This document shows positions 49,608 through 63,388 of a stretch of DNA of 64,000 bases, in pieces. The position numbers and the translations under genes were made by a program. The DNA is taken from assembly GCF_003704095.1 (NCBI RefSeq), contig NW_020845812.1:930001-994000 (forward strand), in the 5' to 3' direction. The stretch comes from Pocillopora damicornis (Eukaryota). The notes beneath the pieces are model-generated. The model saw only the letters and a program-made list of their open reading frames with translations, did no database searches and was not told where the DNA came from. Within the stretch, counting starts at the first letter, position 1. Each line of letters opens with the position of its first letter.

Positions 49608-52600
49608 TGTTAGATTCTCGCGTGATAACAATGTTGTAAATTTGTAACAAAAGAGTTGTAAAGAGGCTGAGTTGAAGCAAGCCATTTTTAAGGATCTAGT
49701 CACTAGACGTGTTTTGTATTCTACCAGGAAAATGTTCACCGGCATATTTTCCCTTGATTCGGTTTTATAGACCTTTTTGACTTTTGTTTTGGTAAAAGGA
49801 GAATGGGAGCTGCTTTAGAGTTTAAATAGTTGGTTGCCAGATGTAGTGCTGTACGTACAACTTCAGGTGTGAAGCAATATTGTTCGGCTTTAATTTAATT
49901 TATCTATTTCGACAGTAATTTATTGAGTTAGCCCAGTAGTGTTCATTATAATATATTGCAATTCATTGTTAACTATAATATGTGGCCTAAGCGTGATATT
50001 TAATTTCTTTAATAATTCGCAATTCTTTTGCAAACCATGGGCGGTCAAAACGTGCTGTAAGACGTAAATGCCACACAAATAGAGTTATCCTCTATATAAG
50101 AGCTATTTTAAAAAGAACTTGAATTTATCAAAAAAAGGCAGGTAGTGAAAATTATAGTTTTCATTCCCATATCCCATCTTGTGTCTAGCCTTTAATGGCA
50201 TTTTTCAATGGATGCAGAAATTGTGCAACTTATTTCAGACGAGCTCGTTCACTTACAAAATGTTCGTAATCTTCCACTTGTCGCTTAGAATTAAACAGTC
50301 TTCGATGCTGTTGTTGCAGTTGCATTGTACTTGCACATAAGACTAAATTGACACGTATAAGCGTCTTTGCTGTATGTACACGACATTGTACAATATCATC
50401 TCAACAAATACATTCGTGAACTATATCTTAACCAACTTGCTAAAACACTTTAATTTTCCTTTACCAGCAGCTTAACTCGACATTTTATTTTGGCGTTTTC
50501 ATTTTGACTTCCTTCTGTTCTTGGAGATTAAATGTGTACTATGCGTTGAATAATTTGGAAGGAGGTTGTGGGGGACTTAAACAAACTGTCTTGCATTACC
50601 TCCCACTATCTTCTCGAAAATAGTCATTTTTCAAAGATCCTATTTCCGTTTTAGTGAAGATCACAATTTATATGATTCTTTTAGTTTTGTTTTAGATTTT
50701 GTTGTTTTGTGCTTTTTTCCCGATTCTTTTTCTCTTCACCTATAGTTCGGAAATCATCTGAATATGCAGCCACGAACTATATAAACGCCTCACACAAAAT
50801 GCTTCAGTTTACGTGCAATACCTGCATAATCGATTTTCATTTGTAGATCTTAGCAAGGTTTCATGTACGATACTGTGCATGTAACATATTACATATAGAG
50901 CGTCAGGTTATATAAACTTTGTACATATTCTACCCATGTGAAGCTTCATCCAATCATCTTTCAGCTTTTGACAGAGCGATTCACACACGATTGACATGTT
51001 GCGTGGCGTGTGTAGAACCATACATGTCACGTAAAAAGAAGCATTCTGGTAGCTTTCGGCAGATTTGCACGAAAAGCTGAAAAGAGCTAAACGGTTCTGG
51101 ATTTGCTTTACATGGTTGGAATAAGTGTATTAACAGTTTTTTTTTTCTCCACGAAAGAGAAGGAAGGTTGTATCGTAAAGCGTTTTCATAGTAATATTTA
51201 TGTGTAGTAAACTAGAGTTTTATTTAGAGTTGTTTAGTCAGTCAATGCGCTGAAAACATACATGCAACTTACTTAAGGCAACTGGTATAATTACCGCGAA
51301 CGAAACCTCTTCATATCGATCAACAATTTCAATTTCATCACGTTGATGACGCTTCTGTTTGCTCGTGGTCCAAGAACAATCAAGTAACTCAGTTGTGGAC
51401 TTCTTTTCTCCTTCTCATTTGCCTTTCAAACGCATGTTCACGTTTTCAGATGTGAGTAATCCGCCCTCTAGTGGCTGCCTGTTGTCGGAAATTCTTTTAA
51501 TAACAGCTTTTAGAGCTCAATTTATTTTACAGTATGGTGTATTATAAAAACGTGTGATAAATTACAGTCCCTTCAACGTTTGTTATATGTGTGGGTGTTC
51601 ATAACACCCCATCATTGTTACCTTAAAGGACCTGAAATCAGTGTATGGTAAAGTATTACTAGAGGACGAAGGCATATAGATTGTTAGTGAAGCGGAATAA
51701 TAGGGTGGAAGGTGCTGATTCTTCAGCACAGTTGGTGCAAGTTGAGTCCAACACTGGACCATATGGGAGACAGGATGAAGTATCCTGAGGGATGAAATGG
51801 TTATTTGTATTCATCTGTTCTGGCTGGTCAATGAGAGATGTCTGTGTTGTTTCATGACTATTTTGTAATGGTTTCTTTTATCGTGTAATGCATTCAACTA
51901 AAACTTAGTTGTCAATTTTCAACCCGCTTGGTTATTTTAATCTCCAGTGCAGCGGAGATAATGAATAATTGATCTGTTTGGTTTGGTTAAATCATTATGG
52001 CTAGCTATTTATAGCCGTGTAGAGGAATTTATCAAAATTTCAGATGTCATTTCATTTTGCAGTATGTCATCACAATTACAATGAAACATCCAACCTTTTT
52101 CAATGACCAGTAAAACATTGGGAGCATTATTTTGTTTTACCTACACAATTTTGCCAAAAAACGTTTTTGTTTTTCTCATGAGTGACAAAATTCGCACACT
52201 GTCATTAGTATTGCAGTATATTTTGTGCAGTTTTGGAGGGGGTGAACTTGATTTTCATCACGGTGGACTATTTTTGAACGTGTTTCATAGTGTGGTACGT
52301 ACACTGGGTGGGGCTAACTTGGACTGGCTTTTTATATTCCAAATAAAAGTGTGCGACTTTTGTTTTATTAGTTTTACACTGTGCAGTTCTTGCTTTTTTT
52401 GATCACCATTTGTAGTTTACAGTGAGGTGGTAGGTTTGTAGACCGGTTACAAGGGTTATTGTAGATTGTAACTCGTACTTTTTAACAGAAACTGGCATTT
52501 ATGAGAAAAACGGTAAACTACTGGAATAAAATCAGTGAACAAAGTCAGCTTGGAATTTATCTCGTCTAATTTGTTTTTATTTTTGTTTTGTCTGTGTGTG

Positions 52601-52639
52601 GCTTGTTTTTGGTTGGTTGTTTCTTTGTCAGATAACAAT

Positions 52640-52922
52640 GAAGAAATGTAAAATGGTTTCCGTGTTTACATAGCCTAATGTAAACACGCGGGAGGTTGGG
52701 AGAACACGAGATAAGCGTAGGAAACCACGACGCGAAGCGGAGTGGTTTCCAGCTTATCATAATTCGAGAATTCGTAATCATAATTCGTAAACACGGAAAC
52801 CATTTTACAATTCTTTTATAAAATAACTAATGAAAGGGGAACGAAAACCGTGTTTACATACACTCATGTAAAATGGTTTTATGGCTAATCAAAGCGCGCG
52901 TACTATTTGAATTATTTTATAA
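52640..52922. mobile_element. Intergenic MITE-like repeat
   Basis: Internal inverted repeats GTAAAATGGTTTCCGTGTTTAC and GTAAACACGGAAACCATTTTAC. Confidence 0.55.
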
Positions 52923-54572
52923 TTTATTATCTTAAAATTGGTTCCAGAAAAGAATTTTTGCAAGCACTTGAGAGGGAACGAAATTATCCTTAATGTAAGG
53001 ATATTAGCTACAGACTAATCAGTTGATTTAGTATGTAGAGTTGAACTTAAATATTTGAATTTTGACAGTAAAGACGACTGTCCTTTGTCTTCTCATGGAA
53101 TCGAGTTAGAAAGGACGTTGATTCCTTTCTCTACCTCCTCCCCCTTCCCACCCACACACCGTTTCCTCAATCTCAAACTAATCGTGGGCCAAACAGTAAT
53201 AAAGGTGACTGCAACAGAATGACTTTTCATTCAGAAAAGTCAGGGCCAGTGCTCCATAATCTAAATCAAACTCACATCAGTAGGTGAAGGACCGGTCCTT
53301 ATATCAAGATCGCGCGAAGCACCGCGGGAAATGTATATTTTTTTTACCAGTCCCCCCTCTTCCTGTAGTTCGAGTTGGCATGTATAGTCGGTACAAACTT
53401 AACATTTTTTTTATTGCGGTAGTTTGAGGGTTTCGAGTAAACTGCATGTCAACAGGACAGCATCTTCGAGTTGAAGTCGTGGGACAGAAAAACTAACGAT
53501 TCATCAAGAAGTTATTCACCGTTGCCCATTTTTCCCAACGTTGTTAATCAATTCTCGAAGCTTCCATTTGATTGTTTGACCTGCTGCAAGTCGTGTTGAG
53601 TAAATCGTAACAGACCGGTTTCGAGATTTGGGAAGCACCGATTGTAACGTTCCTTTTCGTTCAGGATCAGGGGCAAATACAAGGGCATAGAGAGGTAAAA
53701 TACTACCAAGAAATTCATATTGTCTTTGTGGAATTTGCTTTCTCATTAAATATGTTATTACTCCAATCAAGTGATGACGATCAATGTCTTCTTGAGCATT
53801 AGTATGACTTTATTCAGTATACTTTAATCCCTCCCATTGTGAATTTGAGTTATGGCTTTCTCTATCCAGAGGCTTTTGTTTCCGAAATGATTTGAAACGG
53901 GACCAAGCACTGTGTAGATTTTGTATTTGAGTTCGGAGCTTAGCGCTGATATTGATGCAGGTCATCGTAGTTATTAAGTAAATAGATCAAACGTTGCCAT
54001 AATCAATTTTTAGCTCTTTGTAACGATTCTAAGTTTAAGGCCTATACTTGAAATAAGTCCTTTATCACGCTTTTCATAGAAATTTAAACAAATCGAAAGA
54101 AAATTCCCAGTTTATTGGGAAATGATGAGTATGCAAGGAAAAAAGCAGCTGCAGTCAGCTGCAGTGAAGTTTAAAACATGTCGAACCAGAGAAACTAACT
54201 AATGACAAGAGGTATGCTATCAAAAAATCCAACAAAATTCCTCGATTTCAAAGATTGCTTAGATTGAAGTTTGATACTTAAAACAATGATCCATATGTTT
54301 GATTGATTGAGACCCTCAGTTTTGTTGAATTTTTCTGTATATTTTCTTCTACAATATCAATTACTTGGCTAGCATCTATTAATTCATTTGATTAATCAAT
54401 ACTGATACCAAATAACTGCCTTGTGCAATATTTATGAAGGCTAAAGTAGGTCACAGTGACTTTTCAGCACAGGAGTGCTTGTAAAAATCACATTTAAGTT
54501 ATTGTGAACCTTAAAATATTTGAAAACATATAAATTTCAATTTTCCTTCTAGGAATACAAATTGAACAAGAA

Positions 54573-57500
54573 ATGAGTTACCCACCACCTTCCCCAGGGG
54601 GCTATCCAATGTATGGGGCTCCTCCAATGCCAGGAGGGGGGTCCCAGTATCCAGCACCAGGTCCAGCCTTAGGATTTGACAGCATAGCTAACCAACCTCC
54701 AATGGGGACCCCTGGGGTATGTATGTAATTATGAAGAACCAGGGCTGGGTTGTTCAAAGCTGACTTAAGATAATACAGTGTTATTGTGGAATTTGTTTTT
54801 ATATCTGAAAGCTTTGAAAATAAATTCATTTCAATTCTTTTTGTGTAATTTGATGATTGAATGCTCTAAAGAGAGTTGAGAAAATTATCCCAAAAAGGCT
54901 CTTGAATTAAGAAATAATGAAACCTGGATCAAAATTTTACCCTGGGGTAGAGCCAATCTGGCTTTGAACAACTGGGTCCAGAGTGCAAGCTACTCTATTA
55001 TTATGCACTGTGAAAAAACAACTATTGTGTGGGCTTTCATTGCTCACAGAGTGTACAGCTCTATTGATCAGTGATCCTATTTGAAAGGTGGATATTGGTA
55101 TGTGAATAAATTACTCTCGAATGGATAATTAAGTTTGTTTTGTCAGCACTTAATATATGACAGCATTGTGTTTATCTACTCTCAAGCATCATTTATTAAC
55201 TGGATAGCAGTAACTAATAACATGGGCCGGAGACAGTCTACAATTACAGTCCTGTAATTATCAAAAATCTCATTCATGAAAGATTGTTCAGCTTCCTTGA
55301 AGAAGAGCTTGCTATTCATGATCTGTTATGTTCACATCTCGAGAGTCAGAATAGTTTAGAGGAAGGGTCTCCAAGCAAAAGGCTCAGATTTTTTCACATT
55401 GATAGCCTATGCCAAGCATTTTAAGAGATTTTTGCTTTTGCTTGCCATTGGGCAATAATTATTGCAGTTATTGTGATAACTGTCAGTGATCAATTATCTA
55501 TGTTACACTCAGTACCCACCTTCTGGACCACCAATGCCTATGCCAACTGCTGGAGGACCTACTGGTATGTATCCTGGAATGTCAAGCCATATGCCACCAG
55601 GAATGTCCCGTCAAATGCCACCAGGTATGTTGAAAACTCCCTTTTAGTCATGCCACCTGGTTTAAAGCCTTTTTGGGCAATATTTTACAGCAGATATTCT
55701 CTTTAAAGTTTCCTTTCTACCTATTTCAAGGTCAATAGGTACATGTGTAACATGTATCCCTATTCTAACAGACTTAAGTAGGATCAAAATTTCTACTTAA
55801 AATTGAGCTTTGGGTAGGTTTTCTTTTCTTGGGTCAGACACTTAACACTTGCAGTTCCTTTCCAGACCCTAGAATAAAAATGGGTATCAGTGAATTGTTG
55901 GGAAAACTTGACTACATGTGGGAGGTAACCTGTGATGGACTAACATCTAGGAGGAGAGGATTCTCCTTATATTTCTTTGTGCTTTAGAAATTAGAATGAG
56001 TTACAACTGCAACTAGGTCCATATCAGTCTCCTATGCAGATTTTACCCATCCTTTTTTACTAATTTTTTTCAATGTTGTTGAAAGGGATTTTATGGTAAT
56101 CTGTGCTACAGGTTAGGAATCTTTAGTTTGTTGCTGTTAGTTCTGTAAATTAAAATGGCCAATTTAGATGCAAATTTGTTAACAGCTAAATTTATATTGT
56201 ATGTGACTTTACACCATTCCCTCAATGACTGAATCTCCAAGTTTCTCTTAGTTGTAATGATTGACTTAGCCAAAATATTTGAATACAATTAAAATAAATG
56301 TACTTTTTTAAATACAATTATGTTCTTTTTCCCGTAATTTGGTTCACAACTAAAAGATCTTATAATCTTGTTATCAAGTTGTTTTAATTTTCAATTGATA
56401 TCCTTTTGACTTCTTCCTTGTCTGTACTGATGTCAGGTATGCCTGTTCCAAGCCCTAATGTTGGCATGCCAGCTCCTGTGCCACCCACAGCTGGTGTGTA
56501 TGGATCAGCAGGACCATCTATGCCACAGCCTGGATATCCTTCTGGTAATTTATCATTTGGGGTAAGAATCAGTTGTTGGACCTACTGACAGAACTTTATA
56601 TAAAATGCTCTAGTCGTGTGTTTTTCATTTTCACAAGTAAATGAAAAAAAATCACATTTTGTTGTTTTCTCCCTTATTTCAATTTTAGGGTGCAGCAATG
56701 GCCACTGCAGCATTTCCATCTCACTACAGGAGTCAATTTGGTCCTCCTCAGCCCCAGCCTAATTTACCCATGGTGAGTTTTAGTATCATAATCTGGCTAG
56801 TGATGTCCAACTATTGCTTTCTTGTGTCCAGTAGTCCAAATAACTTTTAATATTTGGCAACTTATAGCAGATTTAAGGCTGATCTAATTTTGTAGCTGAT
56901 AGTGTTACTAGTCATTATGTGAAATAATTAGGATCTTCTTTTGTGCCAAATTCAACAACAAACTTTTTGCTCTGAAAAAGATGGAGGGTTTAAAACATTT
57001 CATTTTGGGTTGTATGTTTTTGTGAAGGGTCCACCCCCAAGTTTTCCTCCATCAGCTCCAGCTATGCCAGTGCAGCCAAGTGCACCACCACCTGCTGGTC
57101 CAGGAGGTTCATCAACTGCGACAACATATTCCTCATCGTCCTCACACTCGTCTTCCTACTCATCCCACTCTTCTTCTTCTTCTGTGAGTTCCAGCTCAAG
57201 CACGAAGGTACTCAGGAATATGTTATACAATTATATATACTGGGTGGAGTTGAGCATAAAGGCAAGAACTGCCTTGGCTGAGGTTGGTTTTGTCTGCTGG
57301 AGCAAAAGCTTGCACCAGATAATGCAATCATGGTATGGGGGCTGGGGGTCATGTTTTTTGCTGAAGCCTAAGGCCGAAGGGGATGACACAAATATTAATG
57401 TCTTGGGGTATAACAAAAGGAACAAAAAATAGAAGATGAAAAAGAAGAAAGTGCCAGAACAAATTACGTTTTGTTTATTATCTTGTGGATATTTTTCTAT

Positions 57501-60500
57501 CCTTTGAATGAGGGGGTGATTCTTTCATTGCCTCTTGTTTTTGTTTTTTTTTCTTTATACATACATGTTTGTTTGCTTGTTTGCTTTTCTTTTTCAGTAA
57601 ATGAATTATTTTTTTCCAACAGCAGCCAAGAGGGCGACCATCCATCAAGGAGCTTGCCAATTTTGATGCGCAGAAAGATGCTGAAGTACTGCGGAATGCA
57701 ATGAAAGGCCTAGGTGAATATAGACAATAAGTAGTATTGTTTCACAACACTATAGACAGTCTATTGTTGTTTAAATTAAATCTAATATTTTGACAGGCCA
57801 CTATAAAATTTAAAAATTAATAAGAAAAAAGAAGTTCCTCTCATTACATGTGCATTTTTTTTTGTATGAAGTTAAAAATGAAAGACATGAATTCAAGGAT
57901 CAGTATAATAAGAAACAAATTGAAAATATTACTTGCACATAATAGTTGTACTGAAACTGTGTGTTAAGTGCTGATGTTCAATGGAAGATATTTAAGAATG
58001 GTTTACTTAAATTTTGGGGTGAGTCAAAATTATAAGTGTCTCTGAATTTCATTAAAAATACCTTTAATTTACTATTTTAGTTTCAAATTTTTTAATGCTT
58101 TTATCTGTCTTTTCTGTAATCTTTTAAGAATGTTTTTGTGGCGTTTGGGACGATGGATAAATGGTTTATCAAAGAAAAAAGGAAAAATCAAAACCTTTGG
58201 AGCTTGATTGTGTGTTCAACCATTAGCTTCTGAAGTCGTTTTAACTTCCACTAAGTATTTTATAGGTCAAAATAAATTTTCCTCCATTTATCTGTAGGCT
58301 GTGATTCTAAAGCCATCACTGGTCTTTTATGTACAAGAACAAATGTTCAGAGGCAGAAAATTGAGTTGGAATACAAAACGATGTATGGAAGGGTAAGTTC
58401 TGTTTTATGACATGTTAAAGAGTTAAACAAAAAAAAAAACTCAAAAGAATTAAGAATTAGAAGCCCAGGGCTAAGGATAGCATTAGCATTAGCGTGAAAT
58501 TATTCTTCACTTTGATTACTCATCGTTTTTAACCCTTAAACTCCCAAAATCTGATATTCAATTCTCCCCTCGAGCAGCCAAACATTTCCTAATGAATTAG
58601 TTACGAGAGTTTGGTGTTCGATCAAGATATCAAATTCTACCTGAAAGTTTGAATATTCTCATGACTTGTTTGCTGGATAATGTCTGAATATTAAAAGGAG
58701 AAGTTGCAGGTTAATCACGTCCGCGAGATGTGATTTTCGTAATAGCTTCCGTAAGAGTTGTCAGTGTCCTCTCGCACTGGGTAAATAGCCACTATGGGGC
58801 TGATCATTTTACCTGGCTCTGTAATAGGAGAAATATCCTTATATAATTCTGTATTGAACGGATGTCTTTCTCGGGCGTAGTCCTTTGTTCTACAGTCACG
58901 TTCGTCTTAAGCGCCATTTTATTGAGATCATTTATGTGGCGTATTTCTTACTTGTCTAAGAGTCTATTATTTGTAAACATACTGTAATATCCTGGCGGAG
59001 CCGTCACGTTAGGAGAATGTTTAAAAAATGTCGCCTTTTCCAGTGCTTCAGGATCTTTTCATCCTTGACCATCATCAGTCAGTTTGCCTTAAGTTTTTGA
59101 CTTTTTGGTTTCTTTCCTCAGTTTTTTGCTAATGAACTTAAGGGCAATCTGCAAAGTGCCCTTAAACTTATATCGTTTTGTTTGCAGGATCTTTTGAAGG
59201 ATCTTAAGTATGAACTGGGTGGTAATTTTGAGACTATTGTCATTGCTCTCATGATGCCGTCGGCAGACTACGATGCAACGTCGCTGAGGAAAGCGATTAA
59301 GGTGTGTTTTGTGAGCTTACTCATTAGACGCTGATAATGTGTTGATCAAGTTAGATAATGATTAATTGGGCAAGCCCCCGGGCATTTGAACTTTTGGAGA
59401 TTGGTTCGTTCAAATTCCCGTCCCGTGGGGCCAAAATTGTGTTCAAATGCCCTACCCAAGTGCTAGATTTGATGTTCATATTTTGTAAAAGGCAGCATGT
59501 GCGTCTAGTCATTGGCCAAGCTTTATAACCTAGACCTTGTTCACACTTTCTCCTGATTCATTTGCACGCGAAAGTGGACACTTTACCTTCAGACACCTCC
59601 ACATTTTAAAGATAAAACACGTTTATTCCGCATGAAAGACTCAACGCTGCTGATTCAAATTCCCTACCGCTTGGGCACAGATGACAGTCAAATGCCCGAG
59701 GGTTGCGCTGGGAGAGGATTTTGATATTGAACCGTTCTGATGAACTGAATGACACCAATTTCTGGTACGCTCTTCTAGGGTATCGGAACAGACGAAAGCG
59801 TGTTGATTGAAATTTTGTGTACAAGAACCAACGCAGAGATCGTTGCCATCAAGCAGTCCTACCAGCGGAGTGAGTTTAAGCTTCTACAATTTACGTTGTT
59901 AATAAATTTCTTCATTTCATTAAGACATGGTTAACTTTTAAAACTGTTTGAAAAGCGCCATAACTGGCGAGAAAGTGTACTCTACATGGGGCAGTAGACT
60001 TCCACATCGAATTATGAGATAGGTCGTAGAGAAAAAAATGACACAGAACTCTCTCCGTTTGCCACATTCAAATTTCGAGTGAGCATGTTGTTTACACTTC
60101 AGCATCATTTTGGATCCGTACGTTGATAACAGTTACGTATTCCAGCAATGGTTTGTTTGGAATAGTTTGACTGAAGCCTTTTTTTTTTTCGTTTGCCTTC
60201 TTTTCTGGAAGTCTTCAGTAGAGATTTGGAGAAAGATGTGGCAGGAGATACCTCTGGCCATTTCAAGAAGTTTCTCATCTCTTTGCTACAGGTGCGTGGA
60301 TGAGATAAACCTTGAACAAATGATTTGTGCCGCACTGGCAGAGTCTTTTGAGACATATATAAGTCTGTTTGTTAGGCTGTCGAATTACTCATTAACCGTG
60401 AATTTTGATTCCTTTGTTTTTCATGGTTTTTTAGGCTTACAGAGACGAAAGCCAAACAGTTGATTTGGCTAAAGCGGCAGCGGACGCGCAGGTTTGACCA

Positions 60501-63388
60501 TTTTAGTCCTTTGCAATAATTGAATTAAATCCTAGTAGGTCAGGGTATTTGGGGGGTGATAGGCCAAGATGCAGATGGCCTGTTGTCATGCTCAAACATG
60601 ACTGTAACCGTAACATATTTACGGAAGCCGCTTTATGAACTGCTCTTGGCTCCGTTCAGATAACTCGGCTGTCGAAAGCTTCATTTTGTTTAATTTGTGC
60701 ACTGACCTTTCTCTTTCGTTAACTGACACTTGTTGCTGCATTAAGGTACTCATAGTTGGCCCCTGTCAGATTAATCCTTTAAAGGTTTTTTAAAAACAGT
60801 ATAAAATTTTTTCATCTTCGCCATTTGTAAGTTCTGTAAACTTTTGCAGCCTTAACCACCCCTCCCCCTGGGACCTCTGAGAAACGAGTCCTAGGGCCGA
60901 AGTTTTCTGTTTCTTTATAGCTAAGCGAAAAGGAGTCTGTCACCTGTCATTTGTATTCAGCTCCTTTAGCTGTGAAAGCTTAATCATAAATGCTCGGCAG
61001 CAAGAATAACCTCACGAACATATTGAATGCAGGTTTTGTATAAAGCCGGTGAAGCCAGATGGGGCACAGATGAATCAAAGTAAGTTCATTGGAGTGAATT
61101 ATTCTGTTTTGTACCATGCTTGTGACTTTTACTCCAGTCACGCGTTCAAAGACTTTACACGTTTTAGTTTTCGTTTTCAGATTTAATACCATTCTTGTGT
61201 CAAGAAGCTTCCCTCAGTTGAAAGCCACTTTTGATGAATACTCTAAGGTCAGCTAGTCATCGTAGTCTAGGTTGGGTTCTTTATAAGTGCCGTTTTTAAC
61301 ACAGCGGTTAAACGTTGGGCATGCACACCGAAATCATATTTAGCGCACCAATTTCCAGCGCAAAATCTCAAAAGAAAACAAGATACAGCCACTGTCGCAG
61401 CCAGAGAGCACACTACCTAACCATCACACCGTTGACATCTGCGCAGACGTTGGACTGCTGTGTTACCGCTTTCCATTTGCAAGAACTGATCGGATTTAAT
61501 GTCCTGGCGATAAGCCTTTTTCACTGAAACACCTGTATGCAAATTCTCTATACTCTTCTCAATACATTACCTAAGGTATTGAGAAGTTGTTATTCAAAAT
61601 GATAAGTTGTCCAACAACGAACAGCTAAGTTTAACAGAAAGGGACCCCATCTCACACGCTCGTGCAGTGCGCTCACAACAAATCGACGCTTTCTTGCAAT
61701 TTACATAAATCAGAATCCGCTCTCAGTTCAAATCGCTCGGACCCAATTAATAGAAAGCACTTTGTAGTTGTTGTTCTCTTAGGTCACCTTTTAGAAATGA
61801 CGCGTTGGAAATCTTGTCTTTTCAGATAAGTAAATATGACTTTGAAGATTCGATCAAGAGAGAGATGTCAGGAGATTTAAGAGATGGGATGCTCACAATA
61901 GGTAACACGTTTGTGTGATCATAATATGTGGTGACATATCTGAACCCAAGGGTAAGTTCCCTTCGTCACGATTTTGTTTTTAATATCGGTGTGTAGATGA
62001 TAGGTGCAAATCAACCTTTTTAGATAGTTCAGTTCCTTGAATGAGAAGCTGAAGGTTAAGCCAGCTGCTGATTGTGGAAAATAATGTAAATTATAACCTC
62101 TGCTGTTTTTTTTTTTCTGTTTTGTCTGGTATAGATGTAAACCCAAGCGATATAACTAAATCATTAATCTTTTCCCTGCTATTCGTATACTCCCTTTCCG
62201 TGTAGGTGAGAAGGAAGTCTGTCTGGAGGGTAATGTCAGCGTCTTTTGCTTTTATTTTTATTTTTTTTCAGTCCAAATTGTGAGAAATGCTCCCTCATTC
62301 TTTGCTGTAAAACTTTACAAGAGCATGAAGGTAGGCCATTCATTGAATTTTTACACCTGGTCCTGGGAGAAAGGTTTGGGTTTAAGTTCCCGCCTTTCCG
62401 TTGGGTGAAACGAGAGATTTCTGTCGTTAGCTATTTGACGAAAAGAATCCACTTTACTGGAAAAAGCAAGCGTGTCTTTGAAAATTAAACCGTGAGAACA
62501 CAAGTTCAAAGCCTGTCAAGTGCTTTGTGTTTGATACCTTGGTCCATCATCATGGCAAAAGACTNNNNNNNNNNNNNNNNNNNNNNNNNNNNNNNNNNNN
62601 NNNNNNNNNNNNNNNNNNNNNNNNNNNNNNNNNNNNNNNNNNNNNNNNNNNNNNNNNNNNNNNNNNNNNNNNNNNNNNNNNNNNNNNNNNNNNNNNNNNN
62701 NNNNNNNNNNNNNNNNNNNNNNNNNGTGATGGTAATAATATTTATCGGAGGAATTCAAGGATTAGAGCCCGGTACGTTTAGTAAGAAATAGCGGCGATTA
62801 TTCATATGGGATATCGAACCTTCTATTGCATAAATGACTCTCTTCTGTTTAGAGCATCACATGAAACGAAAAAACGTAGATTTTCTTTTAATCTTTTTCT
62901 TGTTTTTTTTGGAAACCATTCTTTATTCGCTCTAATTCTTCGCAGGGTCTTGGAACAGACGACAGCACGCTTATTCGAATCATTGTTACACGGTCAGAAG
63001 TCGATTTACTGGACATTAGAGACGAGTTTGCCAAAGTATACCATAAGTCTCTGGCCAAATTTATATCGGTGAGTTTTTTATTGTTTTTGATTCGTAAAAC
63101 ACAAATACAAGATGTTGAAAGGACCTATTAACCGCCGCGGGAATTTCAAGAAGATATCCCGGGCATAAACCTTCACTGAGCCTCTACCCAGAGCAAACGA
63201 CCTTTTAGCGCGTTGATTGGAACGAATCAGTACTGACTTAATGAAACTGCCATATATTGGTAAACTTATCATATAAAAAGCGAGACAGACCTTTTAAAGC
63301 TGGACACAGTTTCTTTTTGTGTTTTCAGGACGACACTCGTGGAAATTACAAGAAAATACTTCTCAATTTGATTACAGACAATAAGTAG
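54573..63388 (+). CDS. ANXA7: Annexin A7/A11-like protein with ~215-aa Pro/Gly/Tyr/Met-rich N-tail, 534 aa, 17 coding exons
   Basis: Exons 54573-54716, 55513-55624, 56437-56561, 56689-56772, 57028-57207, 57623-57713, 58298-58392, 59188-59301, 59779-59869, 60212-60291, 60435-60491, 61033-61079, 61181-61247, 61826-61901, 62272-62330, 62946-63068 and 63329-63388, in phase (1605 nt). MSYP start and four annexin repeats (MKGLGCD, IKGIGTDE, GEARWGTDE, MKGLGTDD). A7 versus A11 orthology is uncertain. Confidence 0.92.
54740..54981. mobile_element. Intronic MITE
   Basis: Inverted ends GGGCTGGGTTGTTCAAAGC and GCTTTGAACAACTGGGTCC. Confidence 0.6.

Noticed and set aside
51300-51880. Exon-like minus-strand segments between CNOT6 and annexin
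   Set aside because: They contain stops and have no recognisable domain or consistent splice chain.
41482-63388. Functional linkage of CNOT6 and annexin (RNA-granule theme)
   Set aside because: Adjacency in an animal genome is not evidence of co-function and there are no synteny data.
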